DNA of 64,000 nucleotides from Promethearchaeati archaeon (GCA_013166775.1 JABLTJ010000014.1:32001-96000); one strand, 5' to 3'. Counted from the first letter of the stretch, positions 18,988 through 29,865 are shown. A program made the numbers and translations. The notes: generated from the sequence alone by a model not told the origin.

Positions 18988-20445
18988 TTAGAACCATCTT
19001 GTAATAACTACTTTCTCTTCAGTGAAGAAATCAACAGCATTTTTCCCTTGACCATGAAGATCTCCTTTGAAGCTGTCTTTCATTCCTGAGAAAGGAAAAG
19101 TAGCAATTGGAGCAGCTACACCTACATTTATTCCAATATTTCCTGCTCTTACATTATATTGATATTCTCTTGCTGTTTTCCCATCAGAAGTGAATATTGA
19201 AGAAGCATTACCATAAGGATTAGCATGAATTATATCTATAGCATTGTTTAGATTTTTAACTTGTATTATAGGTATCACTGGACCAAAAATTTCATCCTTA
19301 GCTATTGTCATTTCAGGAGTAACTTTATCGAAAATTGTAGGACCAATAAAGAATCCTTTTGAAAGCTTATCCTCAACTTCAACATTTCTTCCATCAAGAA
19401 TAAGTTCAGCTCCTTCATCTATACCTGTCTCAATAATTCTAAGAACATTTTTCATCCCAGCTTCTGATGCGAGTGGTCCCAGATGTACGCTTTCATCTAA
19501 TCCATCACCAACTTTAATTTTCTTAGCTGATTCAAGAATTGCATCTTTTAAGGATTCATAGATATCTCCAACAGCTAGAAGAACACCACCCGCAAGACAT
19601 CTTTGACCAGTGTTACCTAAGAAAGATGTTATTAGATTAGGAACTGTTCTTTCGAGGTTTGCATCTGGCATAACTGTGATGAAGTTTTTAGCCCCTCCTT
19701 GTACTTGAACTCTTTTTCCTGCTTCCCCACATTTCTTGTACAAGAGTTTTCCAACTTTTGTTGAACCTACAAAAGACATACCAATTGTATCAGGACTCTC
19801 AATGAGTGTATTGACTGCTTCAGCTCCTCCATGAACTAGATTAATTACCCCTTTAGGTAATCCTATCTCATCTAGAAGCTCGAATTGTTTTACCATAGTT
19901 AAAGGGCATTGATCTGAGGGTTTGACAATATATGTATTTCCTGTTGCAATTGCATAGGGCCAAAACCATGAAGGTACCATTGCAGGAAAATTAAAAGGAG
20001 CTACGCAGAAGAACACACCTAGAGGTTGTTTGATTACCATCTCATCTATACCTGAAGCTACATCCTCAAAATTATACCCCAGTTGAAGAGATGGGATACT
20101 AGTTGCTACTTCAACATTTTCTATAGTTCTACGATATTCTCCTATAGACTCATCTATGATTTTTCCATGCTCGAGAGTAGTAATTTCTGCTAGCTCCTCA
20201 AAGTTCTCTTCCAAAGCATCACGAAAATCAAAAAGATAACGGATTCTAGATTGAGCTGGAGTTGTCCTCCACTTCCAGAAAGCTTCTTTAGCAGCTTCAA
20301 TTGCTTGGTTAACTTCTCGACTTGTACTCATAGGTGTCTTTGCAAGCAATTCTCCAATTGCAGGATTAATAACATCTCTCGTCTTTTCTGATTCTGATTC
20401 AACCCACTTCCCGTTTACATAATTTTTAAGAATTTCTCCTTTCAT
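18988..20445 (-). CDS. mmsA: CoA-acylating methylmalonate/malonate-semialdehyde dehydrogenase
   Basis: PFNFPAM, SFVGST, QGGAKN, GQRCLA, EIFGPV, GDLHGQG motifs and the VITRW end. Confidence 0.92.
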   Translation of the reverse strand: MKGEILKNYVNGKWVESESEKTRDVINPAIGELLAKTPMSTSREVNQAIEAAKEAFWKWRTTPAQSRIRYLFDFRDALEENFEELAEITTLEHGKIIDESIGEYRRTIENVEVATSIPSLQLGYNFEDVASGIDEMVIKQPLGVFFCVAPFNFPAMVPSWFWPYAIATGNTYIVKPSDQCPLTMVKQFELLDEIGLPKGVINLVHGGAEAVNTLIESPDTIGMSFVGSTKVGKLLYKKCGEAGKRVQVQGGAKNFITVMPDANLERTVPNLITSFLGNTGQRCLAGGVLLAVGDIYESLKDAILESAKKIKVGDGLDESVHLGPLASEAGMKNVLRIIETGIDEGAELILDGRNVEVEDKLSKGFFIGPTIFDKVTPEMTIAKDEIFGPVIPIIQVKNLNNAIDIIHANPYGNASSIFTSDGKTAREYQYNVRAGNIGINVGVAAPIATFPFSGMKDSFKGDLHGQGKNAVDFFTEEKVVITRWF

Positions 20446-20590
20446 ATCATCACTTCAAGATAAAGAACCATTTTTCAACTCTAATCAATGAAAGATTATT
20501 TGCTTATAAGTTTTTTACATTCATAAACTCGAATATTTTAGAGGAGAAATTTTAAATACAATTTATCATATCAAAATCAAATTAAGTGAA

Positions 20591-21892
20591 GTGAACGAAT
20601 TGGATTCTAAAGAAATAATGAAAAAAGACAAAGAATTCTATGTTCAAGGATATAACAGAGTCCCTATAGTCTTAACAGAAGGGAAAGGAGCGATACTCAA
20701 AGATATAGATGGGGAGGAATATATAGATTGTTTTGCTGGAATAGCAGTATCGAATGTTGGACATGCTCACAAAAGATTAGTAAAAGCTGCTTCAGAACAA
20801 ATGTCCAAGCTAATCCACACTTCAGGTCGGTTTTTTAACATACCTCAAACGCTCTTAGTTGAAAAACTTGCTGAAATTACTCCAGAGAATCTGAAGTATA
20901 CATATCTTTGTAACAGTGGTACTGAAGCTGTTGAAAATGCAGTTAAACTTGTGAAGAAGTATGCCTACTCTAAAGGTAAAGCTGGAGCTGAGTTAATAGC
21001 ATTGGAATGTTCTTTCCATGGTAGATTAGGTTATTCATTAAGTCTAACTGGGCAAGCTAAATACAAGAAAGGTTTTGGAACTTATGCTAATGCCCCAGGT
21101 GTTGTTCATGCTCCTGTTCCATATAGTTATCGATCCAAATTACCTGAAGATGAGTTTGGTGTGGAAGTAGCTCTAGCTATAGGAGAAACAATTGATAGGC
21201 ACACTACTGGTGATGTTGCAGCGTTTATTATGGAACCAATCCTAGGAGAAGGAGGGATAATTGTCCCACCAGATTCATATTTCCGAACACTTACTAAAAT
21301 TCTAAAGGAGAGAGAAATTCCATTCATCTTAGATGAAGTCCAAACTGGATTTGGTAGAACAGGAAAATTGTTTGCAAGCAAATACTGGAATCTCAAACCA
21401 GATATAATGACACTTGCAAAAGGAATGGGTGGAGGAATGCCAATTGGAGCTGCAATTGCAACTAGCAAGATTGCTGAAAACGTAGAATCTGGTGATTTCT
21501 TTTCCACATATGGAGGGAATCCTGTTTGTAGTGCAGTTGCTCTTGAGAACATAGCAATCTTACATGAAGAAAATCTTATTCAAAATGCATCAAAAATAGG
21601 AAAAATCTTCTTTGAAGGATTGGAAGATCTACAATCTAAATATCCTGTCATAGGGGATGTGAGGGGTAAAGGATTAATGATAGGAATAGAACTAGTAAAA
21701 GATCTTGGGACTAAAAAACCAGCAACAGATGAAGCAAAGCTAATAGTTTCTTTTCTGAAAAACGAAGGAATTATAATAGGCTTAGGTGGAGTCTTCGGAA
21801 ATGTTTTACGACTTCAACCCCCATTATGTATTAATGAGGAACAAGCAAATCAGGTTCTAAGTAAGATAAGCCAAGGGATGAACATACTCTAA
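20591..21892 (+). CDS. Class III (omega) aminotransferase, beta-alanine/GABA/AGXT2-like
   Basis: SGTEAVE, FHGR, EPILGEGG, DEVQTGFGRTG, PLP lysine in LAKGMGGG. Confidence 0.88.
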   Translation: MNELDSKEIMKKDKEFYVQGYNRVPIVLTEGKGAILKDIDGEEYIDCFAGIAVSNVGHAHKRLVKAASEQMSKLIHTSGRFFNIPQTLLVEKLAEITPENLKYTYLCNSGTEAVENAVKLVKKYAYSKGKAGAELIALECSFHGRLGYSLSLTGQAKYKKGFGTYANAPGVVHAPVPYSYRSKLPEDEFGVEVALAIGETIDRHTTGDVAAFIMEPILGEGGIIVPPDSYFRTLTKILKEREIPFILDEVQTGFGRTGKLFASKYWNLKPDIMTLAKGMGGGMPIGAAIATSKIAENVESGDFFSTYGGNPVCSAVALENIAILHEENLIQNASKIGKIFFEGLEDLQSKYPVIGDVRGKGLMIGIELVKDLGTKKPATDEAKLIVSFLKNEGIIIGLGGVFGNVLRLQPPLCINEEQANQVLSKISQGMNIL

Positions 21893-21975
21893 TAATAATG
21901 ATGGAATATTGTATTAAAGCTGTATTCCGGAAAGACTTTTTAACTAGTATTTTTCAAATCCACTTGTGATTTTAT

Positions 21976-22875
21976 ATGACAAATGGGAATATTCATCGAA
22001 TAACAATGAAAGATGTAGTTTACAATGCAGATAAGAATAATCCTCCTGTTTTAACTATCGAATCAGGGGAAACAGTTATTTTCGAATGCAAGGATGCTTT
22101 CAATCAAGTTATTCAGAAACCAGAGGATTTACCAATAGATTTTGATATGGAACACATTAATCCTGCAACTGGACCAGTTTTTATTAAAGGAGCTGAACCA
22201 GGAGATACGTTGGAAGTACATATTGAAAAAATCGTTGTTGCTGAGCAAGGATCCTGTTGTATCATTCCAGATTTTGGATACTTAGCTCCAGAGTATACTG
22301 AACCATGGACAAGAATTGTACCAATAAAAAACGGTATAGCAGAATTCAGTGATAAAGTAAAGATACCCATCGATCCTTTTCCAGGAACGTTAATTGTAGC
22401 ACCAACAGAAGTAACTCATGACCATGGGACTCTAATTCCAAAAGAGTATGGTGGAAATATGGATAGCAGAGCATGCACAGAAGGAACAACTGTTTATCTA
22501 CCTATATTTGTAGAAGGAGCTTTATTTGGCGTGGGTGATGTTCATGCTGTTCAAGGCGATGGAGAAGTATGTGGAACTGCTATTGAAGTTGATGCTGATG
22601 TTACAATAAAATTCATTGTTAATAAAACAAAGAAAATTGAAAGACCACAATATGAAACTAAAGAACATTTCATGACTACAGCTTGGGGAGAAACAATTGA
22701 CGAAGCCTGTAAAATAGCGTTAAGAGATATGATAGATTGGATTGTGAAAGAAAAGGGCTTAACTAGAGAAGAAGCATATACGTTGTGTAGTTGTGTTGTT
22801 GATATGCGAATAAGCCAAGTAGTGGATATCACTCCAGGTGTAAGAGCTGTATTACCAAAATCAGTCTTTATCTAA
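21976..22875 (+). CDS. Acetamidase/formamidase family protein
   Basis: TGPVFIKGAEPGD, GGNMD, GDVHAVQGDGEVCGTAIE. Confidence 0.92.
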   Translation: MTNGNIHRITMKDVVYNADKNNPPVLTIESGETVIFECKDAFNQVIQKPEDLPIDFDMEHINPATGPVFIKGAEPGDTLEVHIEKIVVAEQGSCCIIPDFGYLAPEYTEPWTRIVPIKNGIAEFSDKVKIPIDPFPGTLIVAPTEVTHDHGTLIPKEYGGNMDSRACTEGTTVYLPIFVEGALFGVGDVHAVQGDGEVCGTAIEVDADVTIKFIVNKTKKIERPQYETKEHFMTTAWGETIDEACKIALRDMIDWIVKEKGLTREEAYTLCSCVVDMRISQVVDITPGVRAVLPKSVFI

Positions 22876-22945
22876 TTTCAATTACGTCGATTGATATAAA
22901 GAGTAAAGAAGAAGAAAGGAAAAGTGTGAATCTAATGTCTAGATT

Positions 22946-24714
22946 CTATTTTCGCTTTCTATTTTGAAGTCTTTTTCCGCTAGCGAAAATACAGATTACT
23001 ACTAGAACAGCAAGGATTCCAGCAAGATTCATGTATTCGTAAACAGTTGGAACTCCTATCAGATGCACTGTTAACCAGGAATCCCAGCTGTCAGGTCCTT
23101 TAGCATATCCCATTGTCCAATCTTCGAATTCATCAATTCTATAGAGAATTTTTTCTCCTAGAATGTTAATCGGTAAATAAGGAAGATCATTAGCTACTAA
23201 TTCTTGAATAAAATCTAGTTTTTGTTTAATGATTATATCATCTGTTTCATATGATATTTCTTCTGTAAGGTCTGATACTTCGTTTCTAACAATATTATTC
23301 CATCCAGGAATGTTTACGTTATCTGAACCCCACCAAAGATTTTTGCTAAACAACCATTGTGCCCAGTGTGGATGGAAGTCACTCCAAAAACCAACCCATC
23401 CAGCGTAACACCAATCATAATCATACTTTCCTGGGTAATTGTAGTCTCCTCCAACTTGACCAACTCCACCAATTGCTTGCCATAGAACAGAGAATAGAAC
23501 TGGTGAAACAGATACGTTGATTCCCATTTCACTCATAAATCCTTTAATCAAGTTGACTGAATCAACAGATTCTTGTGATTCAGAGCTAACTAGAATTTCA
23601 AAAGATATTTCCGTACCATTAGCTTCTCTCCAACCATCAGCGTCAGAATCTATCACTCCTATACTATCAAGTGTGGAATTAGCTAAAACAGTATTATAAT
23701 TGTAGATTGGGATAGCAGGATTGTAGTAAGGTCCATAAGGAAGACTACATGATGCAAGACAGACTTCACCAATTCCAAATCTTGCAATATCAATAACCTC
23801 AACTTGATTTATTCCATAAAGTATTGCTCTTCTGAATTCAGTAATATTATTCGGATAACGTCGTTGATTCAAAGCTAGGTACATCCAATAATCTTGGTAA
23901 GTTGAATGAACGTTGATATCTGGATCTATATCAGCATAATCTACTTGAGAAGGTGTACATTCTTCCACAACGTCAACAGTACTAGAATTAAGATAATGAA
24001 ATGCCATTGATTGAACAGGGATTATTTTAATGATTTTTTGATTAACCCAAGGACCACTTAAGTGATAGTTTTCATGTCTTGCTAGTTCAATCTCAACTCC
24101 ATTAGTCATGCTTGCAAATTTAAATGGTCCACATCCTACTGGATTATCGTTAGTGAAATCATAGTAGTCGATATTTTTCCAAATATGTTCTGGGAGAATC
24201 CAGTCTGTACCAATATCAACTAGAACATCTACTGCTTTAAATCCATAGTCAAGTACTATTTCAACACTAAATTGACTTAATTTAGTTATTGATACAACGT
24301 TATCATATAACCAGTTTCGTCGAGGAATACCTGGATCATCAGCTAATGTTTGCCAAGTCCAAACCACGTCGTCTGCGTCGACAACCTGTCCATCATGCCA
24401 AAAAGCGTTAGATTTTATAGTAAAGGTATAAGTTGTTAGATCTGTCGAAATTTGCCAATCAGTACACAAAGCAGGTGTAGGTGAATTATTGACATCATAA
24501 CGTACATAGGTTCATAGATGTGATCAATGATATAACCTTCATTAGACATTCCCCAAAACCAAGGATTCAAGGTTAGAATATCAGAATCTATAACTGTTGT
24601 GAGAGTTCCCGCATAATCCATTTTTTGAGCGAGAGTGGATAGTGTTGTAGAAACTGATAAACTTGAAATGATTATTATAGTTATTAGAATATTTTTCCAT
24701 TTTTTCATATTCAT
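22946..24714 (-). pseudogene. Second OppA-family substrate-binding protein split by a 1-nt frameshift near 24505 (pseudogene or assembly error)
   Basis: ORFs 24436..24714 and 22946..24469 align consecutively to OppA at 8855. Adding one base restores HIYEPMVRYDVNNSPTPALCTDW. Confidence 0.85.
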
Positions 24715-24864
24715 CTTTCCATCTTTGTAAACTGCAGTTTATTCTTTTATAGATTTAAAAAAATTTCTCGGTTAATATAGATTTCTTCAACTATCACGTT
24801 TTTTTGAATGTTAGGTTTTTTAAGTGTGTATTTCCAAATATACGATAATAATAGGGTATTTGAT

Positions 24865-26022
24865 TTGAAAAGAAGGAAGAATTTACTTGTTATGATTGTT
24901 TTTATTTTTTTAATTTTGTGCAGCTTTTATTCATTTACAATATCACTTTCTAGAGCAATAGAAAGAGATTACTGGCCTACTGAAGAATGGCAGGGTTCTA
25001 CACCTCACAAACAAAAGATGGATGGTACACGACTTGATGAAATGGTTGAATATATTGATGAAAATTCGTTGCCAGTTGATTCAATAACTATTATTAGAAA
25101 TGGATATATAATCTTCGAAGAACACTTTAGAGCTAGTTTCCCCGAGTTTAAACACGTGGTTTGGTCAGTAACAAAGAGCTTTACATCAGCGATATTTGGT
25201 ATAGCTTTTTTTGAAGGTTACATAGAGGATGTAAATTCAAAGGTAGTTGACTACTTTCCTGAGATTGAAATAGATGATTATTCTCTTGGAAAGGAAAATA
25301 TCACTTTAGCCAATTTACTTACAATGACAGCTGGTTTTGATTGGACTGATGATATAAATTGGATGCTTATGGTTAGCTCTGAGAATCAAATTGATTACAT
25401 ACTCAATTTACCTATGATTTTCGAACCTTGGTCAGGTTGGAATTATGATACAGGAGGGACTCATCTGTTGTCTGCAATAATTCAGAAAGCAGTAGGGAAT
25501 ACTACATTAGAATATGCAAAAGAAAAATTGTTTGAACCAATTGGAATTAGTGATTACACTTGGGACCTAGATAATCAAGGATATTACTATGGAGGACACG
25601 GAATTTATATGACACCAAGAGACATGGCAAGATTTGGGTATTTGTATCTCAATAATGGTATGTGGGATGGAGAGATGATAATTCATCCAGATTGGGTAGG
25701 TAATTCTACCCTTCCAGTCATCGATTTCAGTGGTGGAGAAGGTTATGGAGGTCTGTGGTGGATCAGTTATGGAGATGAATACTATGCTGCAAGAGGGAGA
25801 CATGGACAGATGATATATGTAGTTCCTGAGCACGATATTGTTGCTGTAGTTACAGCATATTTTACTCCAACAGAAGGAGGATACATTCCAGATCAACTGT
25901 TTGAAAATTACGTTCTTCAAGCTATAGAAGGTCCAATAGATGAGACATCAATTTCTTTCTTTTTACCTTTGGTAGTTGGTATAGCTTCATTAGTCGTTGC
26001 AGAAAAAAAGAGAAAGAGATGA
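24865..26022 (+). CDS. Secreted, C-terminally anchored serine hydrolase (beta-lactamase/NylB-like)
   Basis: WPTEEW, SVTKS, WNYDTG, PRDMARFG motifs; signal peptide and TM-KKRKR tail. Start TTG 24865 is inferred (track start 24808). Confidence 0.85.
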   Translation: MKRRKNLLVMIVFIFLILCSFYSFTISLSRAIERDYWPTEEWQGSTPHKQKMDGTRLDEMVEYIDENSLPVDSITIIRNGYIIFEEHFRASFPEFKHVVWSVTKSFTSAIFGIAFFEGYIEDVNSKVVDYFPEIEIDDYSLGKENITLANLLTMTAGFDWTDDINWMLMVSSENQIDYILNLPMIFEPWSGWNYDTGGTHLLSAIIQKAVGNTTLEYAKEKLFEPIGISDYTWDLDNQGYYYGGHGIYMTPRDMARFGYLYLNNGMWDGEMIIHPDWVGNSTLPVIDFSGGEGYGGLWWISYGDEYYAARGRHGQMIYVVPEHDIVAVVTAYFTPTEGGYIPDQLFENYVLQAIEGPIDETSISFFLPLVVGIASLVVAEKKRKR

Positions 26023-26039
26023 AAAGAAAAAAACTAAAA

Positions 26040-27206
26040 CTACATCTTTGTTTTCTTTCTTTTTTTTCTAATAACAACAAAACCAGCTAAAATAATAACA
26101 GCAGTTGTATAGTAAATAAAACTTGTATTTGTTTTATCAGTTTCTACTTCTAATACGGATGGATCTAAAACTGCCATTACTGCTTTTGTAGCGTTCAGAA
26201 GACCATAACCGAAGTAGATGTCTTTTCCCGGGTCACCTATGTCAGTAGCAGATTTTCGTAAAATGTTTCTAATTTCACTTACTGACAAAGAATTATTGAG
26301 TGATTTCATTAAAGCAACAACAGCTGCGACTTGAGGACAAGCATAAGATGTTCCCCAACCCCAACCATATGTATTGTCAAGTGTAGTGCTATCAAGTCTA
26401 TTACCAACAGGAGCGACAATTTCGGTCCAAGGAAGCCCGTAATTACTATATGATGCTTTCAGATTATTAGCAGTTGAAGCTCCTACAGCAATCACTTCAT
26501 CATAACCACCTGGGTAGGTTCGAAATTCTAGGCCACCATCATCTGTATTGCCAGTTATAGCAACAACCACAACATTATTTTCAACAGCATAAAGAATGTC
26601 ATCATGATATATATCATCAGGAGACATGTTGTGAATACTTATGCTTAGCACATCAGCTCCATTGTCAACTGCATATCTAATTGCATCACCAAAACCTAGG
26701 TATGAGACTCCAAGATAGTTATCCGAAGATAAAACTCGAACATCCATTATGGAAACATTCTGTGCTATACCAACTGGACCTTTACCGTTCAAAGGTGCTG
26801 CTATTAATCCTGTGATAAAAGTTCCATGACGATTAATGAGATCACCTGTTTCTGGTCCAGGATTGTTATCATCGTTAACAAAATCCCAACCTCTTATATC
26901 ATCAACATAACCATTTCCATCATCATCTATGGAATTGTTACTTATCTCGTTTTCATTAATCCATGCAACATTTTGCAATTCAGAATGAAAAAAGTCTATT
27001 CCTGAATCTATTACAGCTACTGTTATATCTTTTGTACCATTTGTGATAGCCCAAGCTCCTTGACTTCCTATCAGATTATGATGATATGAATTTTCGAAAT
27101 TTTGAGCTAAACCCAATTCCAATATTGTATTGTTTGAATTGAATAAGCTTAAGGAAAATAATAACAGCATATTCGATGCTATAAAAACGATTTTTCTTCT
27201 TTTCAT
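26040..27206 (-). CDS. S8 subtilisin-like serine protease, membrane-anchored
   Basis: Triad VIDSG / RHGT / GTSYACP; DDDGNGYVDD loop; C-terminal TM plus basic tail. Confidence 0.92.
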   Translation of the reverse strand: MKRRKIVFIASNMLLLFSLSLFNSNNTILELGLAQNFENSYHHNLIGSQGAWAITNGTKDITVAVIDSGIDFFHSELQNVAWINENEISNNSIDDDGNGYVDDIRGWDFVNDDNNPGPETGDLINRHGTFITGLIAAPLNGKGPVGIAQNVSIMDVRVLSSDNYLGVSYLGFGDAIRYAVDNGADVLSISIHNMSPDDIYHDDILYAVENNVVVVAITGNTDDGGLEFRTYPGGYDEVIAVGASTANNLKASYSNYGLPWTEIVAPVGNRLDSTTLDNTYGWGWGTSYACPQVAAVVALMKSLNNSLSVSEIRNILRKSATDIGDPGKDIYFGYGLLNATKAVMAVLDPSVLEVETDKTNTSFIYYTTAVIILAGFVVIRKKRKKTKM

Positions 27207-27293
27207 AACAAAAACTAGATTAAGATATTCAAAAACATTACTAATTTCCTAAAATAAAGTGATGATAGTGGAAAATTAGAGGAGGAAAATATA

Positions 27294-28484
27294 TTATTTT
27301 CTACGTTTAAGAAGAATTACTGTTGATGCAATAATTATCAAAGAAACAAATAATGACTTATACTCTAAATCTGTTCCGTTAGTTGATGAATCTGTTGGTT
27401 CTTCTGTTTGCTGAAGTAACATTGCTTCAAGAGCTGCAGAAGCATTAAGAAGTCCATAACCAAAGTAAATATCTTTACCAGGATCACCTAAATCCGTTGC
27501 TGTATTCTGAAGTATTGTTTTCATTTCACTTATTGGCATTGAGTTATTATAAGACTTCATTAAAGCAATTACAGCAGCAACTTGAGGGCAGGCAAAAGAA
27601 GTACCATACCCCCAGCCGTAAAATGAATTATAGGTATAAAAGGGAACTGTACTATAGAGATGAGTTATATCATCTTCACTCCCAACAGGAGCAACAATTT
27701 CAGTCCACTCGCCAAAATTACTATAGTCTGCCAAACCACCTGAGGAATTTGTAGCACCAACTGTAATTACTTCTTCATAACCACCAGGATAGGATTTGTA
27801 TTCCTGACCTCCATCAGGTAAGTAGGTGTTTCCAGTTATTGAGACAACTGCTACATTCTGTGAAACTGCATAGAGAATATCATCATAATAAGTGTCGTTT
27901 GCTGGGTAATAATTGAGACTCAAGTTAATAACATCAGCACCATTGTCAACAGCATAACGAATGGCATTCCCTAAACCTTCGTAGCTAGTTCCTCTAAGGT
28001 TTGAAACATCTAATACCCGAACATCCATAATTGTAACATTAGGAGCTACTCCTACGGGACCTATCGAATTTAGAGGTGCAGCAATGATTCCTGCAATAAA
28101 TGTTGCATGCCAATGAACTTCATCTCCTCCCTCAGGACCTGGATTACTGTCATTAAATACGAAATCCCAACCATTGATGTCATCAACATAGCCATTTCCG
28201 TCATCGTCTATGGCATTATCTGAAATCTCATCTTCATTTTCCCACGCAGTATTTTGCAATTCAGAGTGAGAGAAATCTATACCTGAATCAAGGACTGCAA
28301 CAGTGATATCCTTTGATCCATTAGTTATAGCCCAAGCACCCTTGCTGTGAATTAAGCGGTGATGAAAAGAACTCTCATAATGAGCAAAAACTGTATCTAC
28401 TGAATGATTTGAAGGATCAATTTGACTAAAGATAAGAAAAGATAAAAATAACACTAATATGAATACAGTTTTTCTTTTATGCAT
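27294..28484 (-). CDS. S8 subtilisin-like serine protease, tandem paralog
   Basis: Triad VLDSG / WHAT / GTSFACP; same architecture as its neighbour. Confidence 0.92.
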   Translation of the reverse strand: MHKRKTVFILVLFLSFLIFSQIDPSNHSVDTVFAHYESSFHHRLIHSKGAWAITNGSKDITVAVLDSGIDFSHSELQNTAWENEDEISDNAIDDDGNGYVDDINGWDFVFNDSNPGPEGGDEVHWHATFIAGIIAAPLNSIGPVGVAPNVTIMDVRVLDVSNLRGTSYEGLGNAIRYAVDNGADVINLSLNYYPANDTYYDDILYAVSQNVAVVSITGNTYLPDGGQEYKSYPGGYEEVITVGATNSSGGLADYSNFGEWTEIVAPVGSEDDITHLYSTVPFYTYNSFYGWGYGTSFACPQVAAVIALMKSYNNSMPISEMKTILQNTATDLGDPGKDIYFGYGLLNASAALEAMLLQQTEEPTDSSTNGTDLEYKSLFVSLIIIASTVILLKRRK

Positions 28485-28544
28485 AAGAGAGAATATTAGA
28501 GAAATTCATAAAGATTGCTGATTTACTAAAATATTGATGAAAAA

Positions 28545-28970
28545 TCAGATAAACGAACTTATTTTACAACTACCACATTTTGGACAAAAGGAATATTTTT
28601 TGGTGAAACTTTTTCCACAACTTAAACAATAAGAAACAGAATATTCATCAATTTTAATTGATTCTTTAGGTGAAGAAGAAGAGTTGTGGGTGAGGGTAGA
28701 GGGAGCGCTACTAGGATGTGAATTAGTGTTAAGCTTGCTATCCATAAAGTTGTTACGTCTAATGAAAAAAAGGATAATCTGACCCAAGATGATTATAATT
28801 GCAATAATAAGATAAAAAAGATAATTCCGAAGAGAAGAAAATCCTTTACTGAGATAATATGTGAAAATAACCCCTCCTATAAACAACGGAAGAGAAATAA
28901 TTAATACTTTGAATATTTCCAAATAGAGAGTACGTTTCTCTGAGGAGGATATTAGCATTAAACAGAACAT
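28545..28970 (-). CDS. Two-TM membrane protein with C-terminal zinc ribbon
   Basis: CLSCG...CPKCG at the C-terminus and two hydrophobic helices. The track's longer N-terminus overlaps the rubredoxin gene, so the start is set at ATG 28970 (or 28958). Confidence 0.65.
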   Translation of the reverse strand: MFCLMLISSSEKRTLYLEIFKVLIISLPLFIGGVIFTYYLSKGFSSLRNYLFYLIIAIIIILGQIILFFIRRNNFMDSKLNTNSHPSSAPSTLTHNSSSSPKESIKIDEYSVSYCLSCGKSFTKKYSFCPKCGSCKISSFI

Positions 28971-29169
28971 GTAAGAAGCATTTATCTTTCTTTTGCTTAT
29001 TTCAAGGGCATTAGTTTTACTAAAGAAGCTCATTTTTGAAGAGAATTTCAAATGAAAACTGTGTTGCTTACATGTTAGAACTTGGTGATTAAAAATATCA
29101 GAAGAAAATGAAAAATAGATTTCAAAAATAAAAAGAGAATTATGAAATAATAAGAGAATAGTCTTAGGT

Positions 29170-29337
29170 TTAATCTTCGAATGGTTCAAAATCTGCTTTT
29201 TCAGCTCCACATTCAGGGCAAACCCAATCATCTGGGACATCTTCCCAAACTGTTCCTGGTTCAATTCCTGCATCTGGATCCCCTAAAGCTGGATCATATA
29301 CATAACCACACAAAGTGCATATCCATTTTCCGCTCAT
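29170..29337 (-). CDS. Rubredoxin (55 aa)
   Basis: Manual translation [55 protein letters not shown]; AGAGGA RBS; below the track's size cutoff. Confidence 0.96.
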   Translation of the reverse strand: MSGKWICTLCGYVYDPALGDPDAGIEPGTVWEDVPDDWVCPECGAEKADFEPFED

Positions 29338-29405
29338 TGTTTTTCCTCTATTGATTTTAGCTACCTTTTTTTAGTAGCTATTTATGTTTTCCCCCTCTTG
29401 CTAGT

Positions 29406-29744
29406 CTAAGTTAATCCAGATGCTAGAATTTCTCTCAGCTGTTGAATAGTCATATTCTCAAAATTCCAGCTAAAATCATCATCTTCCCTAAAAATATCAA
29501 ATAGATTTCTAATTCCAACTATATTTTCCTTTTTATCCATTAAAACCAATTGATAACTTGTCCAAAAACCACACGCTGAACAAAAATATTCAGGATGTTT
29601 GTTGATATCTTTTCTCACATTTAACAAGAAATCTGCTAAATTATCGATTGTTTGTATATCATACTTTTCCACTTCTTCTTTCCTTTGCTGATTTGTTTTT
29701 GGATCAATGTAATGATCATACTCAACAATCATCATTTGCCACAT
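29406..29744 (-). CDS. Hypothetical protein
   Basis: 112-aa ORF filling the gap, with one CSAC motif; no family recognised. Confidence 0.55.
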   Translation of the reverse strand: MWQMMIVEYDHYIDPKTNQQRKEEVEKYDIQTIDNLADFLLNVRKDINKHPEYFCSACGFWTSYQLVLMDKKENIVGIRNLFDIFREDDDFSWNFENMTIQQLREILASGLT

Positions 29745-29865
29745 AATTTCTTACCTTGTACTAGTTGTATGAAATTCCAAATCTACTTTGATTCCTTCTT
29801 ACACAATACTTATCCATAAAACAGTTTATAAAATCGGGAAATTTTCTCAATATTTTCTAGTAAGG

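Noticed and set aside
28971-29273. N-terminal extension of the 242-aa ORF
   Set aside because: It overlaps the rubredoxin in another frame and crosses AT-rich intergenic DNA.
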